A stretch of 64,000 nucleotides of DNA from Octopus vulgaris (GCA_951406725.2 OX597827.1:27404001-27468000), one strand, 5' to 3'; counted from the first letter of the stretch, positions 1 through 13,650 are shown. A program made the numbers and translations. The notes: a model not told the origin generated them from the letters alone.

Positions 1-394
1 TGGTTGGAATGAAACTAAAAACAAAACGACAACATAAAAAAAACTCAAAATGTTGTTTGATAGAATTTTCTATAATAAATGTTGATTCTCTGTCCCATTA
101 TATTTGTAATTTAAAAACAAGGAACTAAACCATAAAGGTATTTGTTATTCATAACGGATGCCAAACTTCTACAATGTATCACAAAGGGGCGCAAGGGGAG
201 AAGAGTGACTTACGGATGAATTACCATGTGTCTGCGGGCTTTCTTGTTCCGGTTAAGGAAGTGTTACCAAAACATGCGAAGTGAAATTTCCTTAAATGGA
301 AATGATGGAGTATAGTATCATGTGTGTAATTCTTTGAACCAAAAGGGTAAAGTACAAGCACAAAATGTACATGATACACTTGTCCTGAAACCGA

Positions 395-630
395 GGACTC
401 ATAGGAATCCTAAGACACGAGCTTAACTCGGTTTCCATGGCGACTAGGTGATTGAGATTACAACACTCCCCCGCACATGAACGAGACGCTGGTCCTTTGC
501 AGGGTTAACTTCCCATCTGTTACTGGAACTCATTTACAACTGAGCGGATCGGAGAATCATGAATTGAAGTTTTTGCTCCAGAACACAAAGTACCGCTCGG
601 TCCGCAAATCAAAAAAATGATCTTACGCTT
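395..630 (-). mobile_element. old degenerate SINE fragment (CORE/Nin-like central domain)
   Basis: Minus strand reads gtgttctggagcaaaaacttcaattc...ccgctcagttgtaaatgagttccag, resembling conserved SINE central domains; heavily decayed. Confidence 0.4.
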
Positions 631-742
631 ATGTTTCATGAGCTGAGAGCATTTTTTATCACGTCTGGTATCCGAACACTATCATCAGTCTCTGTTAAAA
701 AATACTGTATGACATGCCATCACAGAATAGTACACTATATAT

Positions 743-1322
743 ATACAAACTTTAGAGGACTGACCACTAAAAATGGACAGCCTATATGCTAGAAGTCAAA
801 ATCGCCTATATGCTAGAAGTCTATATGCTAGAAGTCAAAATCGCCATTTTCCACGAAGAATGTGTTCTTAAGAAAAAAATTCAGCAAAAAAAGAAACAAA
901 GTGTAAAAATAAGCAAGACAAATGAAAATATACGAAATAAAAAAAACGATTACCTATGTACTAATTAGTTTCATTTGTTAATATTTACGTATATAGATAC
1001 GCAAACATCTGCAAGATCATCAGCATAGTCTATCGCTTACAAAAAATTGTGTTTTGTAAGCGATAGACTATGCTGATGATCTTGCAGATGTTTGCGTATC
1101 CATATACGTAAATATTAACAAATGAAACTAATTAGTACATAGGTAATCGTTTTTTTTATTTCGTATATTTTCATTTGTCTTGCTTATTTTTACACTTTGT
1201 TTCTTTTTTTGCTGAATTTTTTTTCTTAAGAACACATTCTCCGTGGAAAATGGCGATTTTGACGTCTATATCGAGCATATAGACTGTCCATATTTTAGTG
1301 GTCAGTCCTCTAAAGTTTGTAT
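743..1322. repeat. long near-perfect inverted repeat (about 270-300 bp arms, 7-nt loop)
   Basis: 743-1044 is the reverse complement of 1052-1322; loop aattgtg 1045-1051; left arm has an extra cctatatgctagaagt duplication. Confidence 0.95.
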
Positions 1323-1429
1323 GTAAAAAAAATTTTTAAATATGCTAGGCCACTAGTTTTAATTGATTAATATCAGTTTCTACCCTTATTTAATTTTATA
1401 CATATATATATATATATGGTCTTTCAAAA

Positions 1430-1629
1430 TGTGACATCGTGTGTACCGTTGGCGATTTTTTTCCCTCTGTCTTCCCTTCTCTGGATCTTTTCTTCTCCTA
1501 TGTTTCCGACGAAGAGCTCCGCTCGAAACGTTAAACCCTCCTTCTTTCCTTCTTTCCTGAGAGTCCAATAATACTATATTTGTTCCACTTCCTCGCGTTG
1601 TTGTGTTTTTTGTGCTTTCTTGTTTGGAT

Positions 1630-1633
<4 letters not shown>
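1430..1633 (+). mobile_element. Penelope-like pseudo-LTR remnant with minimal hammerhead
   Basis: gttt-CCGACGA-a-gagc-tcc-gctc-GAAA-cg-tt-aaac at about 1502-1536; ends in (TA)n; related copy at 33464-33630. Confidence 0.7.
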
Positions 1634-1683
<50 letters not shown>

Positions 1684-1728
1684 AATGAAAGAATGGAGTC
1701 GAACGAAGATGTTAACAAAATTCCTTTA

Positions 1729-1810
1729 CTCTCGACATATGTTTCGAAGACAACATGTTTTCATTCCAAAGGAATAAAGGGTGCATTATGCAATCTTCTC
1801 ATCAGGAAAG
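1729..1810 (-). ncRNA. type I hammerhead ribozyme motif with long stem II insertion (Penelope pLTR type)
   Basis: Minus strand ctttc-CTGATGA-gaaga...tcttc-GAAA-catat-GTC-gagag; palindromic stem III acatatgt; downstream flank homologous to that of the HHR at 62712. Confidence 0.8.
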
Positions 1811-1854
1811 AAAGGGAGCCTCTCTCAACAACAAGAGAGAGAGGGTCCCTTTCT

Positions 1855-2130
1855 TGTGTGGCTATGCGGTAAGAATTTTGCTGCTCAGCCACATGGCTCC
1901 GGGTTCAGTCCCACTGCGTGGTATCTCGGATGTCTTCTACTATAGCTTCGAACAGACCAAAGCCTTGTTGGTGGATTTGGTGGACGGAAAAATAAAAGAA
2001 GCCTGTCGTAGATACATGTATGTTTCTCTGTGTGTGTGTGTGTTAGTCCGTCACCACCGCTTGGCGACTGCTGTTGGCGTATTTAAGTTCTCGTAAAGCG
2101 ACCGAAAGAATAAATATCAGGCTTAACAAA
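1855..2130 (+). mobile_element. tRNA-derived SINE (octopus-type family 1)
   Basis: gtggctatgcggtaag...ccgggttcagtcccactgcgtgg tRNA-like A/B boxes; many copies in window. Confidence 0.8.
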
Positions 2131-2823
2131 AATATTAGTTCAAAACTTAGTCCTGCAATACCAAGATCAACAGAAAATGTATTCCATCTGGTGAGTGATA
2201 AATATTATTGAATAAACGCAAAGTATGTTTTATGTACTACTACTAGTTTCATGCACTGAGAGCATGCCAGACAATATTTTTTGACAGAACCTGATTATAG
2301 TGCTAGGGCGCCAGACATGTTAAAAATGCTCTCTGCATGCTCTCAGCACAAAAAAGCATATTGTGTTTATTAAACTATACACACACACACACTCACACTC
2401 ACACACATACAATCGAGTGAGTGGACAAACGAAAGAAGGGCACCCAAAAAAATTATGTACGCATGAAGACAGTTTGATTCAAATTCATGGAAGAGCGATG
2501 CTAGCATGTCACTTGAAACCCATCGGTAACAAGCAAGAGAAAGCAACGTCGGTTCCTTCAGTATCCTTCAAACAGCAAGCGTGATTGCTCATATATGTAT
2601 GCCAGAAGGTTTGCAAATCCAACAGAATCCCCAAAAAGATATTTTAAGATCTACAAGGAGCAGAACTTATCTGCAGCTCTTGGTGGTCCAAATCGGAGAT
2701 GCAGTCTATGTGGGTGTCTTTTCAGAATATTGTCTTGTTCAAAAAGCCACATTAGATGTCATGATTATTCTAAGTTGGAGGTACAGGAGGAGATTAAACT
2801 CTGCATAAGGAGTAGACAACCAC

Positions 2824-2857
<34 letters not shown>

Positions 2858-2890
2858 CACACAAACACACACATACACACGCGCACACAC

Positions 2891-2977
<87 letters not shown>

Positions 2978-3316
2978 AGTATCTTCACTGGCTGTTTACC
3001 TATCAAAGACCATCAGCTCGTAAAATGTGATGAACGAACAACGAAACAAATCTTTTTTCTAAAGAACCATCATGCCTTCTCATCCATTTTGTGTCATCTT
3101 TCATCATCATCATTATCGCCGTCGTCGACATCCTCCTCTTCATGATGATGATGATCATCATCAATAACAAGCTTCTTAAAATGATTTTCTTTGTATTTTT
3201 CATTTCTGTATGTACGTTATTTTACAGATATTTTTCTTACGAGTAATTTTATGCTGAAAAAATTTCTTATCTAACTTATGTTTTAATTTTTGTTTTCTTT
3301 GACTTCATATTATTGC

Positions 3317-3401
<85 letters not shown>

Positions 3402-3420
3402 CATCATCATTATTATCATT

Positions 3421-3470
<50 letters not shown>

Positions 3471-3610
3471 TATTATTATTATTATTATTATTTTTATCGC
3501 AGAATGTCGATGAATTCTCTCTAGCATCGGTCGAAAACCTACATCTGCCATTTCTTCAAATTTCAACAGTAGTCATTGACAATGTTATATTGCGGCATTT
3601 CAGATTAAAC

Positions 3611-3645
<35 letters not shown>

Positions 3646-3811
3646 CACACAAACACACACATACACACACACGGTACACGCTCACGCACACTCATACAAT
3701 ACAAACACACACAAAGACACATATTCATATACATGCATGCATCAATATTTACATATATTCATTTACGTACGCAAGTATATACACATACATGCCTACATAC
3801 ATACATACATA

Positions 3812-3884
<73 letters not shown>

Positions 3885-4058
3885 ATGTATGTATGTACGT
3901 ACTGCGTACGTAAGTATGCATGTATGAATGTATGTGTGTATATATGTATGATATGTATGTACTAACGTACGTATATATGTATGTAAGGGCATATACTCAA
4001 TAAAACAAAATCGAATAGCTAAACATTTTATTCCTCAAGAGCTGCCATAAATCCGCGC

Positions 4059-4118
<60 letters not shown>

Positions 4119-4504
4119 GTGTGTGTGTGAGAGAGAGAGAAAGAAAGAGATGTATATTTGTATATCTTGTAATACTTTTTGCCGTGTTTCAATTTCTTAT
4201 CAGTGGAAAAAATGAAATTTATGATGGGGAAAGAATACTTATAGATACATACATACATACATACATACATACATACATACATACATACATACATACATAC
4301 ATACATACATACGCACATTAATAGATAGTAAATCATACATACATTCATACATACGTAGAATCATACGTACGTACAATCATACATACATACACACATTCAT
4401 ACATACATATATACACTCACGCAAACACTCACACACAAACACACACACACATACGCACATATACATGCACTTACAGACATACTCATATACCGCAATACAT
4501 AGTT

Positions 4505-4880
4505 ACGTTTACTCTTTTACAGGTTTCAGTCCTTTAACTGCGGCCATGCTGGAGCAACGCCTTTAGTCGAACAAATTGAATCCAGGACTTATTCTTTGTA
4601 AGCCTAGTACTTATTCCATTGGGTACTTCTGTCGAGCCGCTAAGTTATGGGGACGTAAATACATCAACATCGGTTGTCAAGTAATGTTGGGAGAACCAAC
4701 ACAGACACACAAACACACACATACATATATAAGCATATACATATATACGACGGGTTTCTTTCAGTTTCCATCTACCCAATCCCCTCACAAGGCTTTGGTC
4801 GGCCCGAGGCTATAGTAGAAGACACTTGCCCAAGGTGCCACGCAGTGGGACTGAACCCAGAACCATGTAGTTGGTAAGCG
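4505..4880 (-). mobile_element. tRNA-derived SINE family 1
   Basis: Reverse complement of ggttcagtcccactgcgtggcaccttgggcaagtgtcttctactatagcc...cagcatggccgcag. Confidence 0.85.
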
Positions 4881-5051
4881 ATGATAATGATGCATAAAAA
4901 CGTAAAAACATGAAAAGAGAATGATAAAAATATATAAATAAATAGCAATAATAATGATGATAGCAACAGCAAAATGCTTGTCCCAGATATTTAATTTCAT
5001 TTGCTGTCATTTACAAAATGTATCTTAGATGAAACAATATTCCTTTTAGAA

Positions 5052-5266
5052 AGACGGCGAGCTGGCAGAAACGTTAGCACGCTGGGCGAAATGCTTAGCG
5101 GGATTTCGTCTGCCGCTACGTTCTGAGTTCAAATTCCGCCGAGGTCGACTTTGCCTTTCATCCTTTCGGGGTCGATAAATTAAGTACCAGTTACGAACTG
5201 GGGTCGATCTAATCGACTGGCCTCCTCCCCCAAAATTTCGACCCTTGTGCCTAGAGTAGCAAAGAG
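5052..5266 (+). mobile_element. tRNA-derived SINE family 2 (Nin/Deu-like domain)
   Basis: ggcgagctggcagaaacgttagc...gagttcaaattccgccgaggtcgactttgcctttcatcctttcggggtcgataaa; further copies near 11575-12045, 16152-16370, 44215-44605, 46490-46680, 48360-48650, 56160-56340. Confidence 0.85.
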
Positions 5267-5536
5267 TATTACATGCGAGTGCCAAACTGTAAAGCAGCAG
5301 TTAAGAATTCCTTCGAGAGTCACAGCCAAATTGGTACAGTGCTGCGTCGTTACAGCTCCATTTCTTTGGTGGAGGTCATATTTTCTGGCTGGGTTCATTT
5401 GCTTCACTTTGTTATTTTTTCCTCTTTCTTTTTTCTCTTTTAATTTTTTCTTCTTCGCGGCACTGCGTTGTGTCTGCAGAAATAACATTTACTTAAGACT
5501 CGTTATTACTGTTTCCCCTTGCTGCTGCTGCTGCTG

Positions 5537-5591
<55 letters not shown>

Positions 5592-6417
5592 TACTACTAC
5601 TTCTGCTAGTGCTACTGCTGCTGTTCCTGTTGCTGCTTTTGTTGTTCTTTAACCCAGATTAGTTTTATTGGAAAGCATTCTAGGTATAGTGTTTATTTTC
5701 TTTCACTTTTTCAGTATGTCTTGCAATCATTCTTTCTTTCTTTCTTTCTTTCTTTCCTTTGGTTTTTTTTTTCAGTATGTCTTTCAATCACTCCTTTTTT
5801 CTTTCTTCCTTCCTTTCTTTCTTTTTCTGTTTTTCTTCCTTCGATCCTTTCTTTCTTTCGTTCCTTTGATGTTTTTCAGTATGTTCTTCAATCATTCTTT
5901 CTTTCTTTCTTTCTTTTCCTTTTTTCTTTCTTTCATTCTCTCAGTCGTTCAAAGTCTCGTTCTTCCATTCACTCAAGCCGACAAATATTTGGCCTCACCA
6001 GAAAACATTCACGTCGTATGTTGCTGCTTAACGCTGCTACTTCCGACTGAAACCTCGCTTTCGCTCTCTCATCCTTCTCTAACTACAACCTACGCGCGCA
6101 CGCACACCCAAATATCTCAGATTTTTGCACCAACAGCAAATATTGAGATTACGAACCCGGGCACAGTCTATTTCTGTACCGTCTCAGGTTTTAGTTGATT
6201 CACCAAAGCCTATCCAGTCTTAATTATCGAATTTAATATTAAAATATCCAATAGTCGCCGCCATTTCCCCTTGTTAGCTTCTTCAGATCTTTCTTTATAA
6301 GCGAAGCTGGACTCACACAAACGCACGTGTGCACTCACATACGTACACACACATTCATACACATGAACACAAACGTATATCTATTGTATTCATATATGTA
6401 CCTATACATACATGCAT

Positions 6418-6497
<80 letters not shown>

Positions 6498-6542
6498 ATA
6501 TATGTACGAGGGTGTATACACGCAAGCACGCACACACACACT

Positions 6543-6590
<48 letters not shown>

Positions 6591-7027
6591 GATGTATGTA
6601 TCTATAAATGCATATGTATGTATACGCATCTTTAGAGAGAGTGTGATATATAGATTAATATATACATATCACTATATGTATATGTGAGTCTATGTATGCA
6701 TGAGTGTGTGTGTAAGCGTATGCATTTTATTTCAGGACCTTACATTTTGTTTCTTCTGCTCACCTCGTACCTCCCCCTTTTTTCTTTCTTTTTTTTTTAT
6801 CTATTACTTTGTCTTTAGTATTTTCGTTCATAAACTGCGTCTGTTTCCACAATGCTCACAACTTTCTCCAACTATTTCTGTAACACCAAAGTGTGAGGTC
6901 GTTATTACTTAATTTCCGCCTATTCAAAGACGGCTGTTTCATGAATTAATCAGGCGTTTAACAGGCAAAGTTAACGAGAAAAACTAGGTTTAAATCTGTC
7001 CAGACAGCTTATATTAATTATGTAAAT

Positions 7028-7199
7028 AGGCGCAGGTGTGACTATATGGTAAGAAGTTTGCTTTCCAACTACATGATTCCGGGTTCAGCCCTACTGTGTG
7101 GCATCTTAGGCAAGTGTCTTCTACTATAGCCTCGGACTGATTAAAGTCTTGTGAGCTGATTTGATAGACGGAAACTAAAAGAAGCTCGTCGTATATATG

Positions 7200-7238
<39 letters not shown>

Positions 7239-7440
7239 TTGTGTTTGTCACTCCACCGTCGCTTGACAATCGATGTTGGTGTGCTTACGTCCCCGTAACT
7301 TACCGGTTCGGCAAAAGTGTCCAATGGAATAAGTACTAGGTTTACAAAAAATAGTCCTGTGCTCAATTTATTCGACTAAAGGCGGTGTTCCAGCATGGCC
7401 GCAGTCAAATGACTGAAACAAGTAAAAGAGTAAGAGAAAA
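7028..7440 (+). mobile_element. tRNA-derived SINE family 1, full length with internal (TA)/(TG) microsatellite
   Basis: From ggcgcaggtgtgactatatggtaag to cagcatggccgcagtcaaatgactgaaacaagtaaaagag. Confidence 0.85.
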
Positions 7441-7531
7441 TACATATATATATATATATATATATGTATGTATATGTATATATACACACATATGTAAGTA
7501 TGTATGTATGTATATATACACACATATGTAA

Positions 7532-7578
<47 letters not shown>

Positions 7579-8474
7579 TAAGTACATGAATGCATGTGTT
7601 CATATATATTCTTGACGTACTGTAATATCTATATCCACCGATCAGTCAATCTCTCTCTGCTTGTCTTCCTCTCCATCTCTTTCTCTGTAGCAACCTACAT
7701 ACCTACCTATGTACGTACCTGTGTCCCCATCCCCGCCTCTTTCTCTAGCTATCTATCTACTCACCTACCCATCCACCTATCTCTTTATCAATCATTCAGG
7801 CCATCCAGATTATATAGATCACATCGTTTTTGATAGAAGAGTCACACTCCTTCCATGACACACTGCCGAAATGAGTGATTGGTGAAGCTGGAGAAAATAG
7901 AAGTAATACGATTGGTTTCTGCATCACTGGATGCTAATAACTAAATGCAAGGACCAAGTATTCTAGTACGGCCTTATGACACGATCGTATAGAATATGCA
8001 AAACTATTTCTAGGTCTCTTGAGGGTTTATTTATACTGTAGCACAACGATCGAGAAACGGCACTCAAATTGCCCTCACCTTCAGAAAAGATAGGGGCATA
8101 CGTAGGTATACAGGAAGATAATTAGGGAGATTGAAAGGGAGAGAGAGAGAGAGAGAGTGTGTGTGTGGGGGGGGGGGGGGCAAAGGAACAGATAAAGAAA
8201 TCAAGCGATAAACAGATGTACAGCTATACTGGATGTATAAAAGTTCAGGATTGGCACGGTTAGAACGCCTTTCGACTGAATTTTCAAACTTCTGATCTTC
8301 CTTTAGGGTGAATTTACCCTGTTCAAAGCTTACTCACCGTCCCCCCTTCATTATCTCTAAGGGCTTAAATCTTAAAAGAAATGAAAATTGAGTTATCAGC
8401 TGTTGAAGATGTGTTTACGTTATTGCCCCCCCCCACACACACACACGCCATGCACACATATACATATATGTGTA

Positions 8475-9347
8475 TATGTGGTATGATCAACAAGCATCCA
8501 GACTGTTGTCATAGTAACGAAGATAAGCACGCAGAGTAAAGCCGCTTGGCACAGATTGACCTGGAACTATGTTGTGCATGCGCAAGAAGCTTTAACGGTG
8601 TCCCTTGCTTCTGCTGTTTACAGCAATGCTTTGAAGGAACGTATGTAGCATGTGATCGTCGCATTGACCATGACAGAAAACTGAGCAGAGAATCTGCATC
8701 AAAATTTTTTCAAAAGCTTGGTGATATCTGCTCGGAGGCCTATGCAAAGTTTTAAAAAAGCTTTCATCGTTCTCGACACAATCAAGGAGATATTGTGCGA
8801 CTGAAACCCGAGTGTCTTTTTGGTCAGCTGAAAGCAGTTTTGGCACAAACTGGACAGACACGCGACTCATACCTAAATCTTCAGTGATCATGGACTGAAC
8901 TAAACCGTAACTAATCTGCACATCCTCTGATAAAAGGCAGATGTCATTCGATGATTTCCCCTCACAGCTGCATGCACATCTGCAACTCTGCTGGTTGCGG
9001 GTCACACAGAATGTACGTCAATATCGACATTTTTTCGGCCATTTGAACCACTCGTACACTTGTGTGCGGCTCATACACTCTTCTCCATACACTTTCGGCA
9101 AATTTGCATAGGCCTCCGAGTAGGTGTCGCCATGACAACTTTCTCCACCTTGGTCAAGGCGACGATCACAGGCTACACATGTTCCTTCCAAGCACTGCTG
9201 TAAACAGTGGTAGTGAGCTAGGACATCAAAACTTAGTGTACATCCACAGCATAGTTCATTGTCATTCTGTGCCAGGCGGCTTTACTCTGCGTGCTTTACC
9301 TTCGTTTCTATGGCAACAGCCCAGATACTTATAAATCAGACCTCATA
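8475..9347. mobile_element. Tc1/mariner remnant made of two inverted left ends
   Basis: Ends are inverted copies flanked by TA; plus 8670-8755 encodes an EQRICIKFFQKLG-like N-terminus; minus strand encodes ISYGLVQSMITEDLGMSRVSVQFVPKLLS (mariner WVP-like linker). Confidence 0.8.
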
Positions 9348-9379
9348 TATACACTCACACTACATATATACAAACATAT

Positions 9380-9417
<38 letters not shown>

Positions 9418-9529
9418 ATGTATGTGTGTATGTATGTATGTATGTATGTATGTATGTATGTATGTATATTAGACAGAATGAGATCACAAAGTCAAGGGTG
9501 TGAGAAGTTGTCAGGACATTTATAAGGAA

Positions 9530-9609
9530 ATAGCCTTACTGCTGTTTCTGGGATATCCTTTCATCACACCGTCTCCGATGAAGGGATATAAATAATATCC
9601 CAGAAACAG

Positions 9610-9612
<3 letters not shown>
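9530..9612. repeat. short fold-back of a Penelope-type hammerhead fragment
   Basis: CCGATGA-a-gggatat...atatccc-a-GAAAC at 9575-9607, with inverted partial copy ttactgctgtttctgggatat upstream. Confidence 0.55.
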
Positions 9613-9665
<53 letters not shown>

Positions 9666-9670
9666 AAATA

Positions 9671-10703
9671 TTAATAAATAAAACATATGCATATATACAT
9701 ACATATATGTACGTACCTACATCTATATGTATATATACATACATATATGGGTACAGGACACCAAAAAAACGTCGAACACAATGAGAAACGTAAACATAAA
9801 CACAAAACCAAGGAAATGGACATTTTTCTTAAACAACGAAAAAATAGACTACAAGACATACAACACAAGGAAAATTCCCCTTCTTCAGCCGCTTCTGTTT
9901 CATATACTCCGCGTTTCGAAGGTAAAGGTGAGACACGACTTCGGTGAAACATTCCTTCCCGCAAAAAGCAAATTAAATAAAATTTGAGATTTTTTTGCGG
10001 AGGGGTAAAAATGGTAACGAAAACAGGACAGTAAAGACAGTACAAAATATAAACAGTAAAAAACAGGACAGGGAGAATAACAGTAACAGACATTGTGAGC
10101 TGTTAAGCCAAAACGAAAGAAAACATATTATGAACGCTTTTTGGAAACGGTGAGAGAGAGAGAGAGACAGGAAGCCGTCCACACTTGAAGGAAGCCAGGT
10201 CAGAAAGACAGTAGTTTTCTCGTCGCGGGTCAGCGACGGAACGGAGGAGGAGAAGTAAAGGAAAGAGAGAGAAGAAAAGGGAATGGCTGTAGAGAAAACC
10301 AGAAAGAATGAAGAATGAGAGAGAGAGAGAGAGAGGGACAGTAAGGTAGAAGAAAAGGAAACCAGAAAGAATGAAGGCTGAGAGAGGGAGGGGGACAGAA
10401 AGGTTAAGAGTGCGCATCATTATTAATATTAAGATAAAACTTACTTAGAAATGGATGCGTGCGTTCCGTCATATAATAACAAATTAATAAATAAAACATA
10501 CATATATACATACATACATGTATGTACCTACATCTATATGTATATATACATGCATATATGGGTACAGGACACCAAAAAAACGTCGAACACAATGAGAAAC
10601 GAAAACATAAACACAAAACCAAGGAAATGGACACTTTTCTTAAACGACGAAAAAATAGAGTACAAGACATACAACACAAGGAAAATTCCCCTTCTTCAGC
10701 CGC
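9671..10703 (-). mobile_element. Penelope-like 3' region with tandem direct repeat (9671-9892 and 10484-10703)
   Basis: About 220-bp direct repeat, begins at (TA)n; partial-tandem pLTR arrangement typical of PLEs; family assignment inferred. Confidence 0.55.
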
Positions 10704-10838
10704 CTCATGCATGCTAATACGAGACCCACATTCGACTCCTCACTTGTATCATTATCGAACCAAGAGTTTAACTATGGTCTGTCCATAGCACTTACTTAGC
10801 GTTACCCGCCACTCTTTGGGTCTTCTAGATACCAATAA

Positions 10839-10886
<48 letters not shown>

Positions 10887-13339
10887 TGTGTGTATATGCA
10901 TATGTACGTATATATACCTCTAGCGATGGATGATGAGATGATAAAGGTGTGTTAGTGATGCTGATAATGATGATAAGGAGGGGAGAAGGAAGAGAAGGAA
11001 GAAGCGGATGATAGTCATGATGTTGGGATGGTAGTGAAGGTGAAAATCATGATAATTACTGAAATACATATAATATTTTAATGAATGTTTTTAGATTTGT
11101 CTTGGTTCAATTTGAGTTGTAATGACGTCAAGCCAATCAAAACTAAAATGCAAAAAAAAAATAAATCTGCGAATACAAAACTGCAAAGAATGAATGAGCC
11201 TGCTTTGGGCGAGACATACATATTTTGTAAAAGGTAACTGTTTCCCGGAAACTAAAATATCCATAATCCTTTCTACTATAGCCACAAAGCTTGAAATTTT
11301 GGTGGGTTGGGGAGTTAGTTAATTAATGCGACTCCTGTGTTCAACTAATATATATTTTTATCGCTCCGAAAGTCGATTTCGCCAAAATATAAAGACGGAC
11401 GAAATAACTAGTATAATAATAATGGTTTCAAATTTTGTCATAAGGGCAGCAATTTTGGGGAGAGGGGGTGACCACAGTGTTCAACTAGTGCTTTATCAAT
11501 CCCGAAAGGATGAAACGTAAAGTCGACTTCAACGGAATTTAGACTCTGAACGTTGTGTCGGGTGAAATACCTATTTCTTTACTACGCACAAGGGGCTAAA
11601 CACAGAGGACGAACAAGGACAGATAAACGGATTAAGTCGATTATATCGACCTCAGTGCGTAACTGGTATTTATTGAATCGACTCCGGAAGGATGAAAGGT
11701 AAAGTCGACCTCGGCGGAATTTAAAACTCAGAACGTAACGGCAAACGAAATACGGCTACGCATTTCGCCCGGCGTGTTAACGTTTCTGCCAGCTCGCCGC
11801 CTTAACTAATATAATAAATCCTTTCTACTGAAGACAGAAGGCCTTGAAATTTGTGGGTGGGGGGGGGGGGAGACTAGTCGATTACATCGACCCCAGTGTT
11901 TCATTGGTGCTTAATTTATTCGACCCCGAAAGGATGAAAAGTAAAGTTGACCTCAGCAGAGCTTGAACTCGGAACGTAGCGACGTGGCGAATTACGGCTA
12001 AGCATCTCGGCCACGGTGCTAACTATTTTGCCTGCTCACTGCCTTTAATATAATAATAATAGTTTACTGAATAGTTTCAAGAATATGCTTGGTACAATAA
12101 CAACAACAACACCAACAACAACGCCGGCGACGGCGAAGCCGACAAAGATAACGGTAGCAATAACAATGACACACACGCACAGGCAGAAAATTTACTGATC
12201 GAATAATACAGAAATGTAAGCTTGTTTGCCAAAATTCTTTCCAATAATGAATTTTCAAATTTGGAGAGAATCCTGTCTTAAATAAACTATGGAAGAATTG
12301 TATTATAAAGATCCATCTCATGGTGCAAAGAATTTATGCAGCAGCGGACAAGAAAGGAAGTGACATACCTTTGTTTCATGAAGAATGGGAGCTTTCTTTG
12401 TTCCCCCAAAGGATCAGTTGGAGAAAGATATGGCAGACTTAGGGTTTAGCATCATGTACACAAAAAGGACAAAGACTACAGTACCGAATGTATGATCTTT
12501 AAGACCAAGGATTTGGTGCAACGACAGGGAGAGAGAGAGGAGGTGGATTTAGTGTAACCCCATTCATAAGCAGCATTTTTACAAGAATGACAGTGAAGGG
12601 GTATAAGAAGAAGCATTGGCCCTTAGTTCGTTGAGGTTTTTATAAAGCAATATAGACAGGTAATAAATGCTTAAGTAACAAGCAACGATATCGCAATGCA
12701 CTTGTAGGTTCTTGTAAACTACCCAAGATGAGAGAGCCAGGAGAAGAAATTTGAGAGAACAAAAACAACAGATATAGAACAAGGAGTATGCAGCAAAAAA
12801 GCCCAATCGTTGTAGCTGCATTTGCAGAAACCAAAAAGGGACTGGTGCTCTGAAGTGCTGAAGAAGCAGACGAGAAAGGAAGAAGGCAGAGAACAACAAT
12901 ACTCAGTTTAGACATTAGATAAATGGCGGAGCAGACGACATCGGATTTTGATAATATCAAAAGTACATTTGCCAGTCTGTAATGTTCAGAAGCTAAAATT
13001 TACTCTCTTTTGTGTTATTTTCTTCTCATTCACCAAAAGTAAAAGTCACTTCAATGCAATGCCAATGACAGAGTCATTAGCATACCGGACAAAAAGCTTA
13101 GCGGCATTTCGTCCGTTTTTATGGTTTAAGTTCAAATTCCACCCACGTCAACTTTTCCTTTCGTTCTTTTGGGGTCGATAAAACAAGTACCATTTGAACA
13201 CTGAGGTCGATGTAATTGATTAATACCGTCCCACAGAACTGCTAGATTTATACCAAATTTTGGATCAACTATTGTTGTTGTTATTGTTATTATTATCATT
13301 ATTATTATTGTTATTGTTATTGTTGTTGGTGTTATTGTT

Positions 13340-13646
13340 GTTGATTTGACTTGGGTTCGTTCTTATTCCTGGTAGAATTATATGGGTAGTGGGGTTACTA
13401 CCTGTAACCTTAGGTATCCACTAGCTTCCAATAGTCTTTCAAGAGCTTAGAACCCTCCTGATAATCTTTTCTGTCACTAAGTGGCAAACTTTCTGTAGAA
13501 GCTCTACAGAAAATACTATTTCAATCTCCATTAACCATTTGTCTACATCTTTACTCACGGTTCCGAATGCACCAATTATTATAGGCAAAATCTTTACAGT
13601 TTTCATACTCCAAATTCTTGCGAATTCAAAATTTAAGTGACTGTAC

Positions 13647-13650
<4 letters not shown>
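13340..13650 (-). mobile_element. R4/Dong-type non-LTR 3' fragment (REL endonuclease C-terminus)
   Basis: Minus strand translates KYSHLNFEFARIWSMKTVKILPIIIGAFGTV...LQKVCHL; embedded in (TAA)n/(CAA)n. Confidence 0.7.

Noticed and set aside
12230-12950. Possible LINE or host coding fragment
   Set aside because: Purine-rich and protein-like, but no diagnostic motif could be read
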